This document shows positions 1 through 11,270 of a DNA stretch of 64,000 nt, one piece after another. The stretch is from Octopus sinensis (lineage: Eukaryota), in the NCBI RefSeq assembly GCF_006345805.1, contig NC_043023.1:10602001-10666000 (forward strand), written 5' to 3'. Each line of letters starts with the position of its first letter. Position 1 is the stretch's first letter. The translations under genes were made by a program, and so were the position numbers. Under the pieces are notes generated by a model. It was not told the origin of the DNA. It ran no database searches and saw only the letters and a list, made by a program, of their open reading frames with translations.

Positions 1-2
1 AC

Positions 3-848
3 AGGCGTGTTCATACAGGAGAAAAGCCATATCACTGTGAAATCTGTGGTAAATCTTTCTCTCGAAACGATAACTTAACCAAGCACAGGCGTGTTCATAC
101 AGGAGAAAAACCATATCACTGTGAAATCTGTGGTAAATCTTTCTCTCGATACAAATGCTTAACCAAGCACAAGCGTGTTCATACAGGAGAAAAACCATAT
201 CACTGTGAAATTTGTGGTAAATCCTTTTCTCAAAACGAAAACTTAACCATACATAGGCATGTTCATACAGGAGAAAAACCATATCACTGTGAAATCTGTG
301 GTAAATCTTTCTCTCAAAACAAAACCTTAACCAAGCACAAGGGTGTTCATACAGGTGAAAAACCATATCACTGTGAAATCTGTGGTAAATCCTTTTCTCA
401 AAACGATAACTTAACCATGCACAAGCGTGTTCATACAGGAGAAAAGCCATATCACTGTGAAATCTGTGGTAAATCTTTCTCTCGAAACGATTGCTTAACC
501 AAGCACAGGCGTGTTCATACAGGAGAAAACCCATATCACTGTGATATCTGTGGTAAATCTTTCTCTCTAAATGATACCTTAACCAAGCACAGGCGTGTTC
601 ATACTGGAGAAAACCCATATCACTGTGATATCTGTGATAAATCCTTCTCTCGAAGTGATAGCTTGACTAAGCACATACGCATCCATACAGGTGAGAAGCC
701 ATACTACTGTGATATCTGTGGTAAATCCTTTTCTCAAAGCGATACCTTAAGTAGGCACAAGATTAGTGTTCATACAGGAGAAATACCATATCATTGTGAT
801 ATCTCTGGTAAATCATTTTCTCAAAATAGTCAGCTGCTTAATCACTGA
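3..848 (+). CDS. C2H2 zinc-finger gene, unit A (5'-partial, begins before the window)
   Basis: Open frame from 3 to TGA 846-848. Nine intact fingers (helices RNDN, RYKC, QNEN, QNKT, QNDN, RNDC, LNDT, RSDS, QSDT) with TGEKP-type linkers, then a broken finger [14 protein letters not shown]. Order matches fingers 15-24 of unit G. Confidence 0.9.
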   Translation, partial: RRVHTGEKPYHCEICGKSFSRNDNLTKHRRVHTGEKPYHCEICGKSFSRYKCLTKHKRVHTGEKPYHCEICGKSFSQNENLTIHRHVHTGEKPYHCEICGKSFSQNKTLTKHKGVHTGEKPYHCEICGKSFSQNDNLTMHKRVHTGEKPYHCEICGKSFSRNDCLTKHRRVHTGENPYHCDICGKSFSLNDTLTKHRRVHTGENPYHCDICDKSFSRSDSLTKHIRIHTGEKPYYCDICGKSFSQSDTLSRHKISVHTGEIPYHCDISGKSFSQNSQLLNH

Positions 849-1389
<541 letters not shown>

Positions 1390-2012
1390 GGAATAGATTC
1401 ATTTCCCAAGTCACAGACATTGTTTATGAGTTTTATTTTTCAAGCACATCCAAATTTTGAAAGTTTCTACTACCATAACAAATGCATCTGTGTCTTACCA
1501 AGAAGTTTATAAAACGCAAAAGAATGCTTTTCAGTAAATAATTCTAGACAAGTTTCTTTGCTTGTGAATCAATGGTCAAGTCTACAAATGATGGTGTCCC
1601 TGAGTCTTTTCAAAGTGATTCAGAAAACAGTTATAATAATAATATTTTATCTATTCTAAATGATCTTGACATTGTTTTTGACTTTACATAAAATATTCTT
1701 TACATTCTACTGTTGTTTTATTGTCATTATTATTAATTTTATTGGTAAAATATTTTTCTAGGAATGAATTACAATTTATAACATTGGTTCTGTGGGAAAT
1801 TATTGCTTTGCTTTATGAGTTTTCACTTTAGGAGTAATCTCCAGAAGAAATTAACTCATATATCAAGGCATTATTGTATCTGACATTATTTTGGCACAAG
1901 GCCAGCGATTTCAGGGGAAGGAGTAAGTTGAATAACCACATGGATCAGCATGTGTGCTTTTTACATGAACTAGCACAAATGCTTCTTACAGGGAGTGGCA
2001 TTGCACGATATA

Positions 2013-2508
2013 TCTATATATATATAAAGCTGAAGTTGTCTGTGTGTGTGGCAGGTTTTGTAGCCTTCAACTAACACTATCTCTACCAACACACTGGCAC
2101 AAGTTGATCAAAATTGAGAGAATGATAAAAGAAGGCTTGCTCTTCCTTCCGTAGAAGAAAAAATTCAAATCGCACCATGTCAACACCAAAAATTATTTAC
2201 ATCAAACAGATGCATTTTATCTACAAAAATCCCTACTTTTTACGATTCTTTGACTGCTGCCTCATCATTTTTCAGAGTATTTCAACCAGAAAAATGTTCA
2301 GAAAGGTGCTTTCTTTTCTAGGAAAATCCCTGATTTTTTATGATTCTTTGGCTGCTGTGTAGTCGTTTTTTGGTGTATTTCAACCAGAAAAATGTTCACT
2401 TAAAGAGTATAACAGGCTACATAATGGAAAATTTTTACTTTTCAAAAATTCCAATTCTAAAGGGTCGAAAAGAAAACAAATCCGAGCAACGCTGGGCGAT
2501 TATTCTAG
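2013..2508 (+). mobile_element. Non-autonomous Helitron-like element (3' flank element shared by six units)
   Basis: Starts A|TCTATATATATAAAGC followed by a GT microsatellite. Ends with a small GC hairpin (CCGAGCAACGCTGGG) and CTAG, the typical Helitron 5'-TC / 3'-hairpin-CTAG architecture. Confidence 0.7.
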
Positions 2509-2709
2509 GTGCTCCAGCATGGCCGCAGTCAAAATGACTGAAACTTAACAAAAAAAAAATGTGTTTAAATAGTCCAATTGCAAAAAGGACATTTGCTAGT
2601 GGCTGCACACAGAAATAAGAACCAAGTCAATTTTCTACCCACACCTACATGGATGAAAATGGCACCCCCTTTCTGAAGCTTGATTATAACGGGTATATGG
2701 GTGGTGCAG

Positions 2710-3314
2710 TGAAGGCGCATGGCTCTGGTTAGAGCGTCGAGTTTACTATCGTGAGGTTGTGAGCTCGAATCCCGGACTGGGCTGCGTGTTGTGTTCTTGA
2801 GCAAGGCACTTTATTTCACGTTGCTCCAGTTCAATCAGCTGTAGATCAATTGTGGAGATCCGTTGTGTGGGGCGGGACCAAACACAGAGATGTCCCCGGG
2901 GGAATGGTTGGCCAAGCGGAAGTGACAGGCAACGGGAGAGTTGGAACTCAGCCGAATATCCCTTAGATGTTCGGTGAACCAGTCGGCCCATCTGTCCTAC
3001 TTAAAGCATCCCACATAGGTTGCATTTTATGCTGTAAATGAGGCCAGATGAAGTGCAGGTAAAAGAATGGTTAATACGTAGTTTGTTGGTTGGAGCTGGT
3101 GGTTGGACATGGGTGAGTTGCGACGTCACTGGTGCCAAGCTGTATCGGCCCCTTTGCCTTTCCCTTGGATAACCCTGGTGGCGTGGAGAGGGGAGGCTGC
3201 TATGCATGGGCGACTGTTGGTCTTCCATAAACAACCTTACCCTGACTTGTGCCTTGGAGGGTAACTTTCTAGGTGCAATCCCATGGTCTGTGTTGTGACC
3301 GAAGGGGGTCTCCG
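2710..3314 (+). mobile_element. tRNA-headed SINE (family B) with 13-bp TSD, interrupted by a Penelope fragment
   Basis: A-box-like TGGCTCTGGTTAG and B-box-like GCTCGAATCCC. TSD ATGGGTGGTGCAG at 2697-2709 and 3315-3327. Uninterrupted family members lie at 43119 and 46967. Confidence 0.8.
2846..3113 (-). mobile_element. Penelope-like element GIY-YIG endonuclease fragment
   Basis: Minus strand reads INHSFTCTSSGLIYSIKCNLCGML*VGQ, then (shifted frame) FTEHLRDIRLSSNSPVACHFRLANHSPGDISVFG, the characteristic PLE GIY-YIG region. It sits where intact SINE-B copies have only AA. Confidence 0.8.
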
Positions 3315-3419
3315 ATGGGTGGTGCAGATTGTTAGAATCAGTTGATGAGTTATTCGTTATGGTTGTGGCAATAGTTTCGCATCTAGGAAATATGAGTATT
3401 GTTTGAGTATTTATACTAT

Positions 3420-3818
3420 ACAAGCAGTAACGCCTGGCGTTGCTCGGGTTTGTAAGGGAAATAACTATATAAGCATTTTTAGAGATGTAAAGTATAATAG
3501 CCATCTCAATATGGCTAACCACAAAGGGGGGGGTGTAACTGTAGCTTTTTACGTTCTGAGATTTAATAATACATTTTTAGAGAGTTACTTCCCTTATATA
3601 AACTGAGCGAAAATGCATTAAAAATACGGAAAAATTATAGTAAATTTTTTTAAAAATCGTACTCATCATAGACGTGCGCTAATACCCAGAAGGGCTCGAT
3701 ATGAATCACGACTATAAGATACCCGGCTTTGGTTAAACTGCACCGCAAAATGTGGGAGTAGTTAGGAATCTAAATCGTAGGAGACAGACACACAACTTGA
3801 CTTTTATATATAAAAATA
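3420..3818 (-). mobile_element. Non-autonomous Helitron-like element
   Basis: Minus strand begins (T)TTTTATATATAAAAGTCAAGTTGTGTGTCTGTCT and ends ACCCGAGCAACGCCAGGCG..GCTTGT, the same terminal hairpin family as 2013-2508 with CTAG decayed to CTTG. Confidence 0.6.
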
Positions 3819-4179
3819 TGAGGGCCTTAAAAGTGATGCGACCATCTCCAGTTCTAAGCAGATGTAAGAACTTCTGTTGAGAACTGGTTTTCCTTAAAAA
3901 AAAAAAAATTGGCGGGGATGTCCCTATCAATTAGATAAAAACGAGAGTCTTTATCATTAAAGAAAAGTTTGCAGTGAACGGGATGAGCGTCCAATGTGAA
4001 TTCTGAAGGCTTATGTTATGCAGAGTGGGGAATTCTGCCAAGGTAGACTTTGCCTTTCATCCTTTCTGGGTTGATAAATTAAGTATCAGTTGTGTACTGG
4101 GGTCAATCTAATCAACTGACCCTCTTCGTTGTTCAACCACCATATCATGCTCAGTCTAGCCAGAATTCCAGTTGTCCTC

Positions 4180-4384
4180 TAGTATAATGCTCAGGAATTG
4201 AAAAAGACTTTTACGTTTCGAGCCTACGCTCTTCTACAGAAAGAAACAAGGAGTGACAAAAAATGTGTGTAGTAGCTACTGATTTCGGTAGCTACTACAC
4301 ACATTTTTTTTTCTGTGTCCCTTTCTGTAGAAGAGCGTAGGCTCGAAACCTAAAAGACTTTTTCAATTCCTGAGCATTATACTA
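4180..4384. repeat. About 205-bp inverted repeat (hairpin) containing two hammerhead-like motifs, probably Penelope pLTR-derived
   Basis: Outer arms 4180-4243 and 4321-4384 are reverse complements with 2 mismatches. The inner palindrome AAAAAATGTGTGTAGTAGCTAC / GTAGCTACTACACACATTTTTT is perfect. Confidence 0.9.
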
Positions 4385-4452
4385 ATACATCTGTTTGTTT
4401 TCTACACCACCTGTCTTCGTCTTTTGTTTTTTTCGTGAATTTTCCTCATGTA

Positions 4453-5018
4453 GGCACAGGAGTGGCTGTATGGTAAGTAGCTTGCTTACAAACCACATGG
4501 TTTCGGGTTCAGTCCCACTGCGTGGCACCTTGGGCAGGTGTCTTCTACTATAGCCTCAGGCCAACAAAAGCCTTGTGAGTGCATTTGGTAGACGGAAACT
4601 AAAAGAAGCCCGTCGAATATATATGTATATATATATATATATACATGTATGTGTGTGTATATGTTTGTCCCCCTAACATTGCTTGACAACCGATGCTGGT
4701 GTGTTTACGTCCCCGTCACTTAGCGGTTCGGCAAAAGGGCCCAATAGAATAAGTACTAGGCTTACAAAGAATAAGTCCCGGGGTCGAGTTGTTCGATTAA
4801 AGGCGGTGCTCCAGCATGGCCGCAGTCAAATGACTGAAACAAGTAAAAGAGTAAACTTAGCGGTTCGGCAAAAGAGACCGATAGAATGAGTACTAGGCTT
4901 ACAAAAGAATAAGTCCCGGGGTCGAGTTGTTCGATTAAAGGCGGTGCTCCAGCATGGCCGCTGTCAAATGACTGAAACAAGTAAAAGAGTAAACTTAGCA
5001 GTTCCGCAAAAGAGACCG
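4453..5018 (+). mobile_element. tRNA-headed SINE (family A) with internal (TA/TG)n and a duplicated 3' tail
   Basis: Head GGCACAGGAGTGGCTGTATGG...GGTTCAGTCCC. The about 138-bp tail module repeats at about 4718, 4856 and (partial) 4994. Family copies recur at 23151, 29120, 30121, 36330 and 61534. Confidence 0.8.
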
Positions 5019-5187
5019 TTTTCTACGCACTTTTTGTAGGTACTACTAGTGAACAGTGGTCCCGGTGCGCTCACACGCACATGGGTCTTTTTAGCAAGCA
5101 CAGCAAACGTTCGCATTTTCTAAAGGTGACATATTACTAATTGGTCATTCATTCGTGGAAGTTGCTTTTGATATAATTGTTTCTTAA

Positions 5188-5400
5188 GGCGGCGAGCTGG
5201 CAGAATCGTTAGCACGCCGGGCGGAATACCTGGCCGTATTTCGTCTGTCTTAACGTTCTGAGTTCAAATTCCGCCGAGGTCGACTTTGCCTTTCATCCTT
5301 GCGGGGTCGATAAATTAAGTACCAGTTGCGTCCTGTGGTCGATCTAATCGACTGCCCCTCTCACCCCAAATTTCTGGCCTTGTGCCTAGAGTAGAAAAGG
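5188..5400 (+). mobile_element. SINE family C (upstream block of unit B)
   Basis: GGCGGCGAGCTGGCAG...GAGTTCAAATTCC...GACTTTGCCTTTCATCC..GGGGTCGATAAATTAAGTACCAG. Paralogous copies at 17395, 38185 and 51776. Confidence 0.75.
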
Positions 5401-5619
5401 ATATAATTGTTACCTCAGTTACCTGCTAGAAGCAAAGTTGTTATTAACAGACTTAATATTGGGGGTGTGGGGGAGATTAGTATCAACCTCTGTTTTCGAT
5501 GGATCTTTATTTTGATTCCGAAGCAATTAAAGGTAAAATTGACATCGGCGGGATTTGAGCTCAGAACGTAAAAAACCACAAGAAATACTGCCTGGCGTAA
5601 ATAGTTGCTGTTAATTTTG

Positions 5620-5836
5620 GTACGACGCTAAGATTTCGTTTCGGTATTTCAAACAAACCATTACATGTTTTATATATTCCCCGTTTACACAATTTTTGTC
5701 ATGGTTCTTTTTAGGGTCAGATATTCTTTGATTTCGTCTAAACTTATCGACTTTTCTCGATGAATTTCTACTTTTGTATCAAAACTGCTGGGGGAAAGAC
5801 TATTCGGAGGATAAGGAGTGATATTAAATGGTGAGT
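5620..5836 (+). promoter_or_regulatory. Putative non-coding exon 1 and splice donor of unit B
   Basis: Consensus donor AAATG|GTGAGT (GT 5831-5832), conserved in D and G. It lies in a relatively CpG-rich non-TE segment. The 5' limit is a guess; no RNA evidence. Confidence 0.5.
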
Positions 5837-6049
5837 AAAGTAATAATTTCATTTTGTTTTTATATTAGACTGATGAAATGAGTTCCAGGCATAAAAAACA
5901 AATAAGTTCTGGGGTCGATCCAGTCTCACTACAGATTCTTCAAGGCGATGCCCCAGCATGATGGCAGTCTAATGACAGAAATAAGTAAAAGATAGTAATA
6001 ATAAGAAGCAGAATTATAATTATATATATATATATACACACACACAGTT

Positions 6050-6805
6050 GCAAAGTGCCCCTCCTCCCCGTCCAAGGACGGTGATGAGTTGTCAAACATT
6101 TAAACCAAACTTTCTCAAGACAACTTGTCCGACCGCTCCATAGGCCTCTCCTTTGAGAAACACTGATTCAACCTAAATTAGGGACACCAGCAAAAGAAGA
6201 AATAAAGATAGACTTTTTTTCTATTCCAAAGAAAAACGATTTTATTCGCAAAAATATGCAACCGAAGAGTTTAAAGTACCAGTAATTATAAGGCTGCTGA
6301 CTGGGAGAACACAAACATGGTTTAAACAGTTCTTTTCATTAAAAAATAATTAAGCATGCCTATATTTCAATAAAACTTTTGGTTTTGTTAAACAAAGTTA
6401 AGGCAAAGAAGAAAAAACTTCTTGAGAAACGAAATAGTCTCTCCTTCCTTCATGCCAAGTTTGAAGAAAATATCTCTTTTGCATCCTACATTTTTGGTCT
6501 CTTAAATATACTGCATTTTGTGGCATTATTTCAAGCCAGCCGGCACAAACTGCATGTGCATTTTTCTTGCGTACGTGTAGTATCGATCACAACAGCTGAT
6601 GTACTTGCGCATATAAATGCACGTTCCCATGGCTTTATCGATCGTATTCTCACCTGGAATCGATTTTTGTAATTTTTTCAAGACTTATACACGTCCTGAT
6701 ACCTTCGGCATCTACATATCGAATTAGGCTGCAATCAGATTGAGGATGCCCGAGATACTAGAGGACACACAGACAGACAGAACAGATTTTATATTATAAA
6801 TATAT
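6050..6805 (-). mobile_element. Putative non-autonomous element with a Helitron-like 5' end (intron 1)
   Basis: Minus strand begins TTTATAATATAAAATCTGTTCTGTCTGTCTGTGTGTC. Hairpin CCGTCC-TT-GGACGG near the other end but no CTAG. Copies at about 17787, 39045 and 52630. Confidence 0.4.
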
Positions 6806-6817
6806 ATACGTATATAC

Positions 6818-6858
<41 letters not shown>

Positions 6859-6866
<8 letters not shown>

Positions 6867-7138
6867 AAAACTACCTTTTATCAATTCAAAATGAACAATT
6901 AAATTACACCATCTAGAAAATTACATATAATAGAAATATTAAAATTAAAATAACCATAAAATATCCATGATTAAGTAAATTGCAAAAAAATAATAAGAAC
7001 ATATATAATGGGTAGAATAACGACACGTCATTGATATTTTATTGTTATTTTAATTTTAATAATTCTATTATATGTAATTTTCTAGATGGTGTAATTTAAT
7101 TGTTCATTTTGAATTGATAAAAGGTGGGTTTTTTCTAA
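6859..7138. mobile_element. AT-rich foldback/MITE-like element flanked by (TA)n
   Basis: About 105-bp arms (6859-6965 and 7033-7138) are near-perfect reverse complements around an about 67-bp spacer. Confidence 0.75.
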
Positions 7139-7354
7139 TTTTTCATATATATATATATATATATTATATTGTGAAATTTGATTTAGTATTTCTAAATTGA
7201 ATTTTTTTCCTTGTGAGTTTGGATTTATATTCCCTCAAATAATTTTTATATGTATGTATATATATATATCATGGTGATCTGTATAAGGGGCATCTATACT
7301 GCTTTGCATAAAAGACACCCATACATGTACCATGTGAGAAGATCTCAACACAGT

Positions 7355-8040
7355 CTCTAAAGTGGTTGGCGTTAAGAAGAGTGTCCAGCTGTAGAAAGCA
7401 ATCTAAATCAAGCAGGAACTGGGGGCAGCACCCCTGTTTGCCAGCACAGGTCAAACCAACCAACCCAGGGAAGCATGGTAAATGGACATTAAATGTAAAA
7501 AGCTGTGCCAAAACTGATCTTGCCACTTAAAATGTACTCAATACACTCTGTGGTATGGTTGGTGTTAGGAAGAGCATCCAGCTGTAAAAGCTGAGCCAAA
7601 ACAGACACACAAGTCTGGGGCAGTCTCCTGACTGACCACCTCCTACCAAACCATCCAACAGATACTGGTATTGAAGGCAGACATTAAATGAAGGGGATCA
7701 GGAAACGAGAATCCTGGCAGTTTGCTGTGTTTGAAAAGACACATCAAGCTAAGTAAAAGCATGGTTGCCCTTGCATACAAGCTTGTCCCTTGCAACCCCC
7801 TCCAGCTGAGCATCCCAAATCCTGCAGGCTCATGGGTGCTGATACCACGTAAAAAGCACCCAGTGGTACTGCGTAATATCACCCAGTACATTGTGTAAAG
7901 GGTTTGTGTTAGAAAGGGCATCCAGCCATAGAAACTATTTTAAGATAGAGATGGGGCCTGATCAGCCCTTCAGCTGGTTAGCTCCTTTCAAATCATCCAA
8001 CCCATGCCAGTGTGTAAAATGGAATTTAAATGATGATGAA
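7355..8040 (+). repeat. Tandem degenerate RTE-type 3' tails
   Basis: Three old copies of GTGGTTGGCGTTA.GAAG.GCATCCAGC...CCAACCCA...GCATGG..AA.GGACATTAAATG, the same terminus as the RTE LINEs in this window. Confidence 0.6.
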
Positions 8041-8077
8041 GTAATAATTTTAAATTTATATATACACCTTATAGTAT

Positions 8078-8345
8078 ACCATTGCCTTTCTGAGCGAACG
8101 ATTTGCCACAGATATCACAGTGATATGGCTTCTCACCTGTATGGACGCGTCTGTGCCTTGACAAGCCTTGATTTCGAGAGAATGATCTACCACAGGTATC
8201 ACAATGATATGGCTTCTCTCCAATATGAATACGTCGGTGAGTGAGTAGGTTAGTTTTCCGAGAGAATAATTTACCACAGGTATCACAATCATATGATGTT
8301 TTGCCCTCTTCATTCTTTACATCATCAGATAAATCAATTATTTTA
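8078..8345 (-). pseudogene. Inverted fragment of a divergent ZNF paralog (leader plus about 2.5 fingers) in predicted intron 1 of unit B
   Basis: Minus strand: [39 protein letters not shown]...[24 protein letters not shown]. It is absent at the equivalent position of units C and D. Confidence 0.9.
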
Positions 8346-8859
8346 GATAGCCTTCTCACTGTATTTGGCTATCTGATGTCATCTACAGTATGGATATAAA
8401 TGACCCTGGATTTATTTGAGGAATTCCTTCATGTCAGTAGAGTTTAAAACATGAGAGAAAGAGAAAGAAAATAGAATTTCCAAGACTAGTATTCACTATG
8501 ATTGTTTCAACCCATCGTGCATCTGTGCCTCGCAGGTGAGATTCTGTACGAACAGTTGTGGGGCATCCTTTGATGCAGACATGTCCCATCAGGTGACTTA
8601 TCAAATGGTTCCTCGTATTTAAATTTCTGTTTTGCTTATTTCGATTAGAATTCATTTTGGTATTTGGGACATGTCAAGCTTCTTTCAGTTTCCATCAACA
8701 TGTCTTTTATTGGCCACTCTGGGACTGAACCCAGGACCATGTGGTTGGGAAGCCAACTTCTTACCACACAACCATCCCTGCACTTCTACAGCCATGTCTA
8801 TATAAAAATGTAGTAAAACTTTCACTGTTTTAATCTCTCTAATTCCTAATTATCTTGTA

Positions 8860-8995
8860 TGTTTTACACTGTTGTTTCTCTTTCGTTTCAGATTATCAGA
8901 TGACATCTGCTTCACAGGATTTTTACATAAGCAACGTCATTAGAATGGAAAGTCTTTTGAAGACTGAGCAAAGATGTTATACAAAACACGTATAA
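8860..8995 (+). other. Putative 3' splice site and 31-codon short ORF (unit B)
   Basis: Polypyrimidine tract CTGTTGTTTCTCTTTCGTTTCAG| (AG 8890-8891) with an upstream CTAAT. ATG 8900 to TAA 8995 encodes MTSASQDFYISNVIRMESLLKTEQRCYTKHV. Confidence 0.55.
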
Positions 8996-9643
8996 CCCTG
9001 TTTCTATGAATATTTACTGAATTACTGCAAAATATATCTTCTGAACTCTGACATATATGTAGCAAAATTTCTCTTCTTTATTGTCTGGAATACACAGAAA
9101 ATTATATTTGCATCTTAATTAATCATTTAGCATTTAAACTAGCACAAATATTCTGACCTTTCACACTCACCCTGCAGTGTCAATTTAAACATAAACAATC
9201 AAATCACTGAAGTCTCAGAGCTATGAGATAATCCATGATTAATTCAAAACAATATGAATAAATAAGCATTACATTTCACAAAGGAATCTCAATGCTAAAC
9301 GGTTAAACTGGCCATATTTTTGTGTGTTTTATATTCATACTAGCCTGATCCCACCCCTCACACCCTGCCTACAAGGTCATTCTAAAAATAAACAATCACA
9401 ACATTGAAATCTGAACATGATAACATAATGAATAATTAATTCAGAAGAATTTCAATAAACATTCTATTTGACAGAGTAATCTGAATGTTAATGAGTTAAA
9501 GCAATTAAGAAGGCAGTTTGCAGCATCTTCAGATATTAACAAAGATCACTTTTGATGGAGATATATCAGTAGAAATATTTGTTCAGAGCAATATACGAGA
9601 AGAAGGAAAACCTTTGTGAACTGTGACAAGAGAAAGGAACATT

Positions 9644-10729
9644 ATGGAAAACGAATTATTTAGGAGTGAAGTTGAATGTAAAAGAGAGTCTGAAGAAATT
9701 GATTTTTCTGATGAGGAAAAGAATGAAAAGGGCAAAACAGCATTTGATTGTCATATCTGTGGCAAGTCGTTCTCTCGGAAAGCTAAGTTAGTCATTCACG
9801 AACGTACTCATACAGGAGAAAAACCATATCACTGTGAAATATGTGACAAATCTTTTTCTGAAAACGATCACGTAACTATGCACAGGCGTGTTCATACAGG
9901 AGAAAAACCATATCACTGTGAAATCTGTGGTAAATCCTTTTCTCAAAACAATCACTTAACTAGGCACAAGAGTTGTGTTCATACAGGAGAAAAACCATAT
10001 CACTGTGAAATCTGTGACAAATCTTTTTCTCAAAACGATCACTTAACCATGCACAAGCGTGCTCATACAGGAGAAAAACCATATCACTGTGAAATCTGTG
10101 GTAAATCTTTCTCTCAAAACGGTACCTTAACCAAGCACAGGCATGTTCATACAGGAGAAAAACCACATCACTGTGAAATCTGTGGTAAATCTTTCTCTCG
10201 AAACAATAACTTAACCAAGCACAGGCATGTTCATACAGGAGAAAAACCACATCACTGTGAAATCTGTGGTAAATCCTTTTCTCGAAACGATCACTTAACC
10301 AAGCACAAGCGTGTTCATACAGGAGAAAAGCCATATCACTGTGAAATCTGTGGTAAATCTTTTTCTCAAAACGATACCTTAACCAAGCACAAGCGTGTTC
10401 ATACAGGAGAAAAGCCATATCACTGTGAAATCTGTGGTAAATCTTTTTCTCAAAACGATCACTTAACCAAGCACAAGCGTGTTCATACAGGAGAAAAGCC
10501 ATATCACTGTGAAATCTGTGGTAAATCTTTTTCTCAAAACGATCACTTAACTATGCACAGGCGTGTTCATACAGGAGAAAAACCATATCACTGTGAAATC
10601 TGTGGTAAATCCTTTTCTAAAAACGATACCTTAACCAAGCACAAGCGTGTTCATACAGGAGAAAAACTATATCATTGTGATACCTCTGGTAAATCATTTT
10701 CTCAAAATAGTCAGCTGCTTAATCACTGA
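9644..10729 (+). CDS. C2H2 zinc-finger protein, unit B (361 aa, 11 intact fingers)
   Basis: First in-frame ATG after TGA 9617-9619. Acidic leader [25 protein letters not shown], 11 fingers, then the broken QNSQLLNH* finger. Confidence 0.9.
   Translation: MENELFRSEVECKRESEEIDFSDEEKNEKGKTAFDCHICGKSFSRKAKLVIHERTHTGEKPYHCEICDKSFSENDHVTMHRRVHTGEKPYHCEICGKSFSQNNHLTRHKSCVHTGEKPYHCEICDKSFSQNDHLTMHKRAHTGEKPYHCEICGKSFSQNGTLTKHRHVHTGEKPHHCEICGKSFSRNNNLTKHRHVHTGEKPHHCEICGKSFSRNDHLTKHKRVHTGEKPYHCEICGKSFSQNDTLTKHKRVHTGEKPYHCEICGKSFSQNDHLTKHKRVHTGEKPYHCEICGKSFSQNDHLTMHRRVHTGEKPYHCEICGKSFSKNDTLTKHKRVHTGEKLYHCDTSGKSFSQNSQLLNH

Positions 10730-11270
<541 letters not shown>

Larger units (their letters stand above)
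2570..3415 (+). mobile_element. piggyBac transposase remnant (C-terminal catalytic region), split by a SINE
   Basis: 2570-2709 translates to QKGHLLVAAHRNKNQVNFLPT then LDYNGYMGGA, continuing at 3328 as DC*NQLMSYS. This resembles the piggyBac W.DKK.V..LST and DYN..MGGVD..DQ motifs. Frameshifts and stops are present. Confidence 0.65.

Noticed and set aside
2714-2790. tRNA genes at SINE heads (also 4453, 43119, 46967, 36330)
   Set aside because: A/B boxes are present but I see no complete cloverleaf, and they continue into shared SINE bodies with TSDs.
3001-3522. 173-aa minus ORF as a novel gene (also 60189)
   Set aside because: Chance read-through across Helitron, piggyBac, SINE and Penelope pieces.
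6379-6672. Recurrent 60-110 aa ORFs in intron and flank (6379, 7269, 7643, 1874, 16899 and their paralogs; SINE and RTE-UTR ORFs)
   Set aside because: They recur only because the DNA is recently duplicated. They have non-ATG starts, no recognisable domain, and are disrupted in some copies.
9960-10502. Minus-strand repetitive ORFs over the finger arrays (also 1009, 10890, 22577, 32254, 32596, 33519, 57430, 57685, 58278)
   Set aside because: They are antisense shadows of the 84-bp finger repeat, which happens to lack stops in one reverse frame. There is no independent signal.
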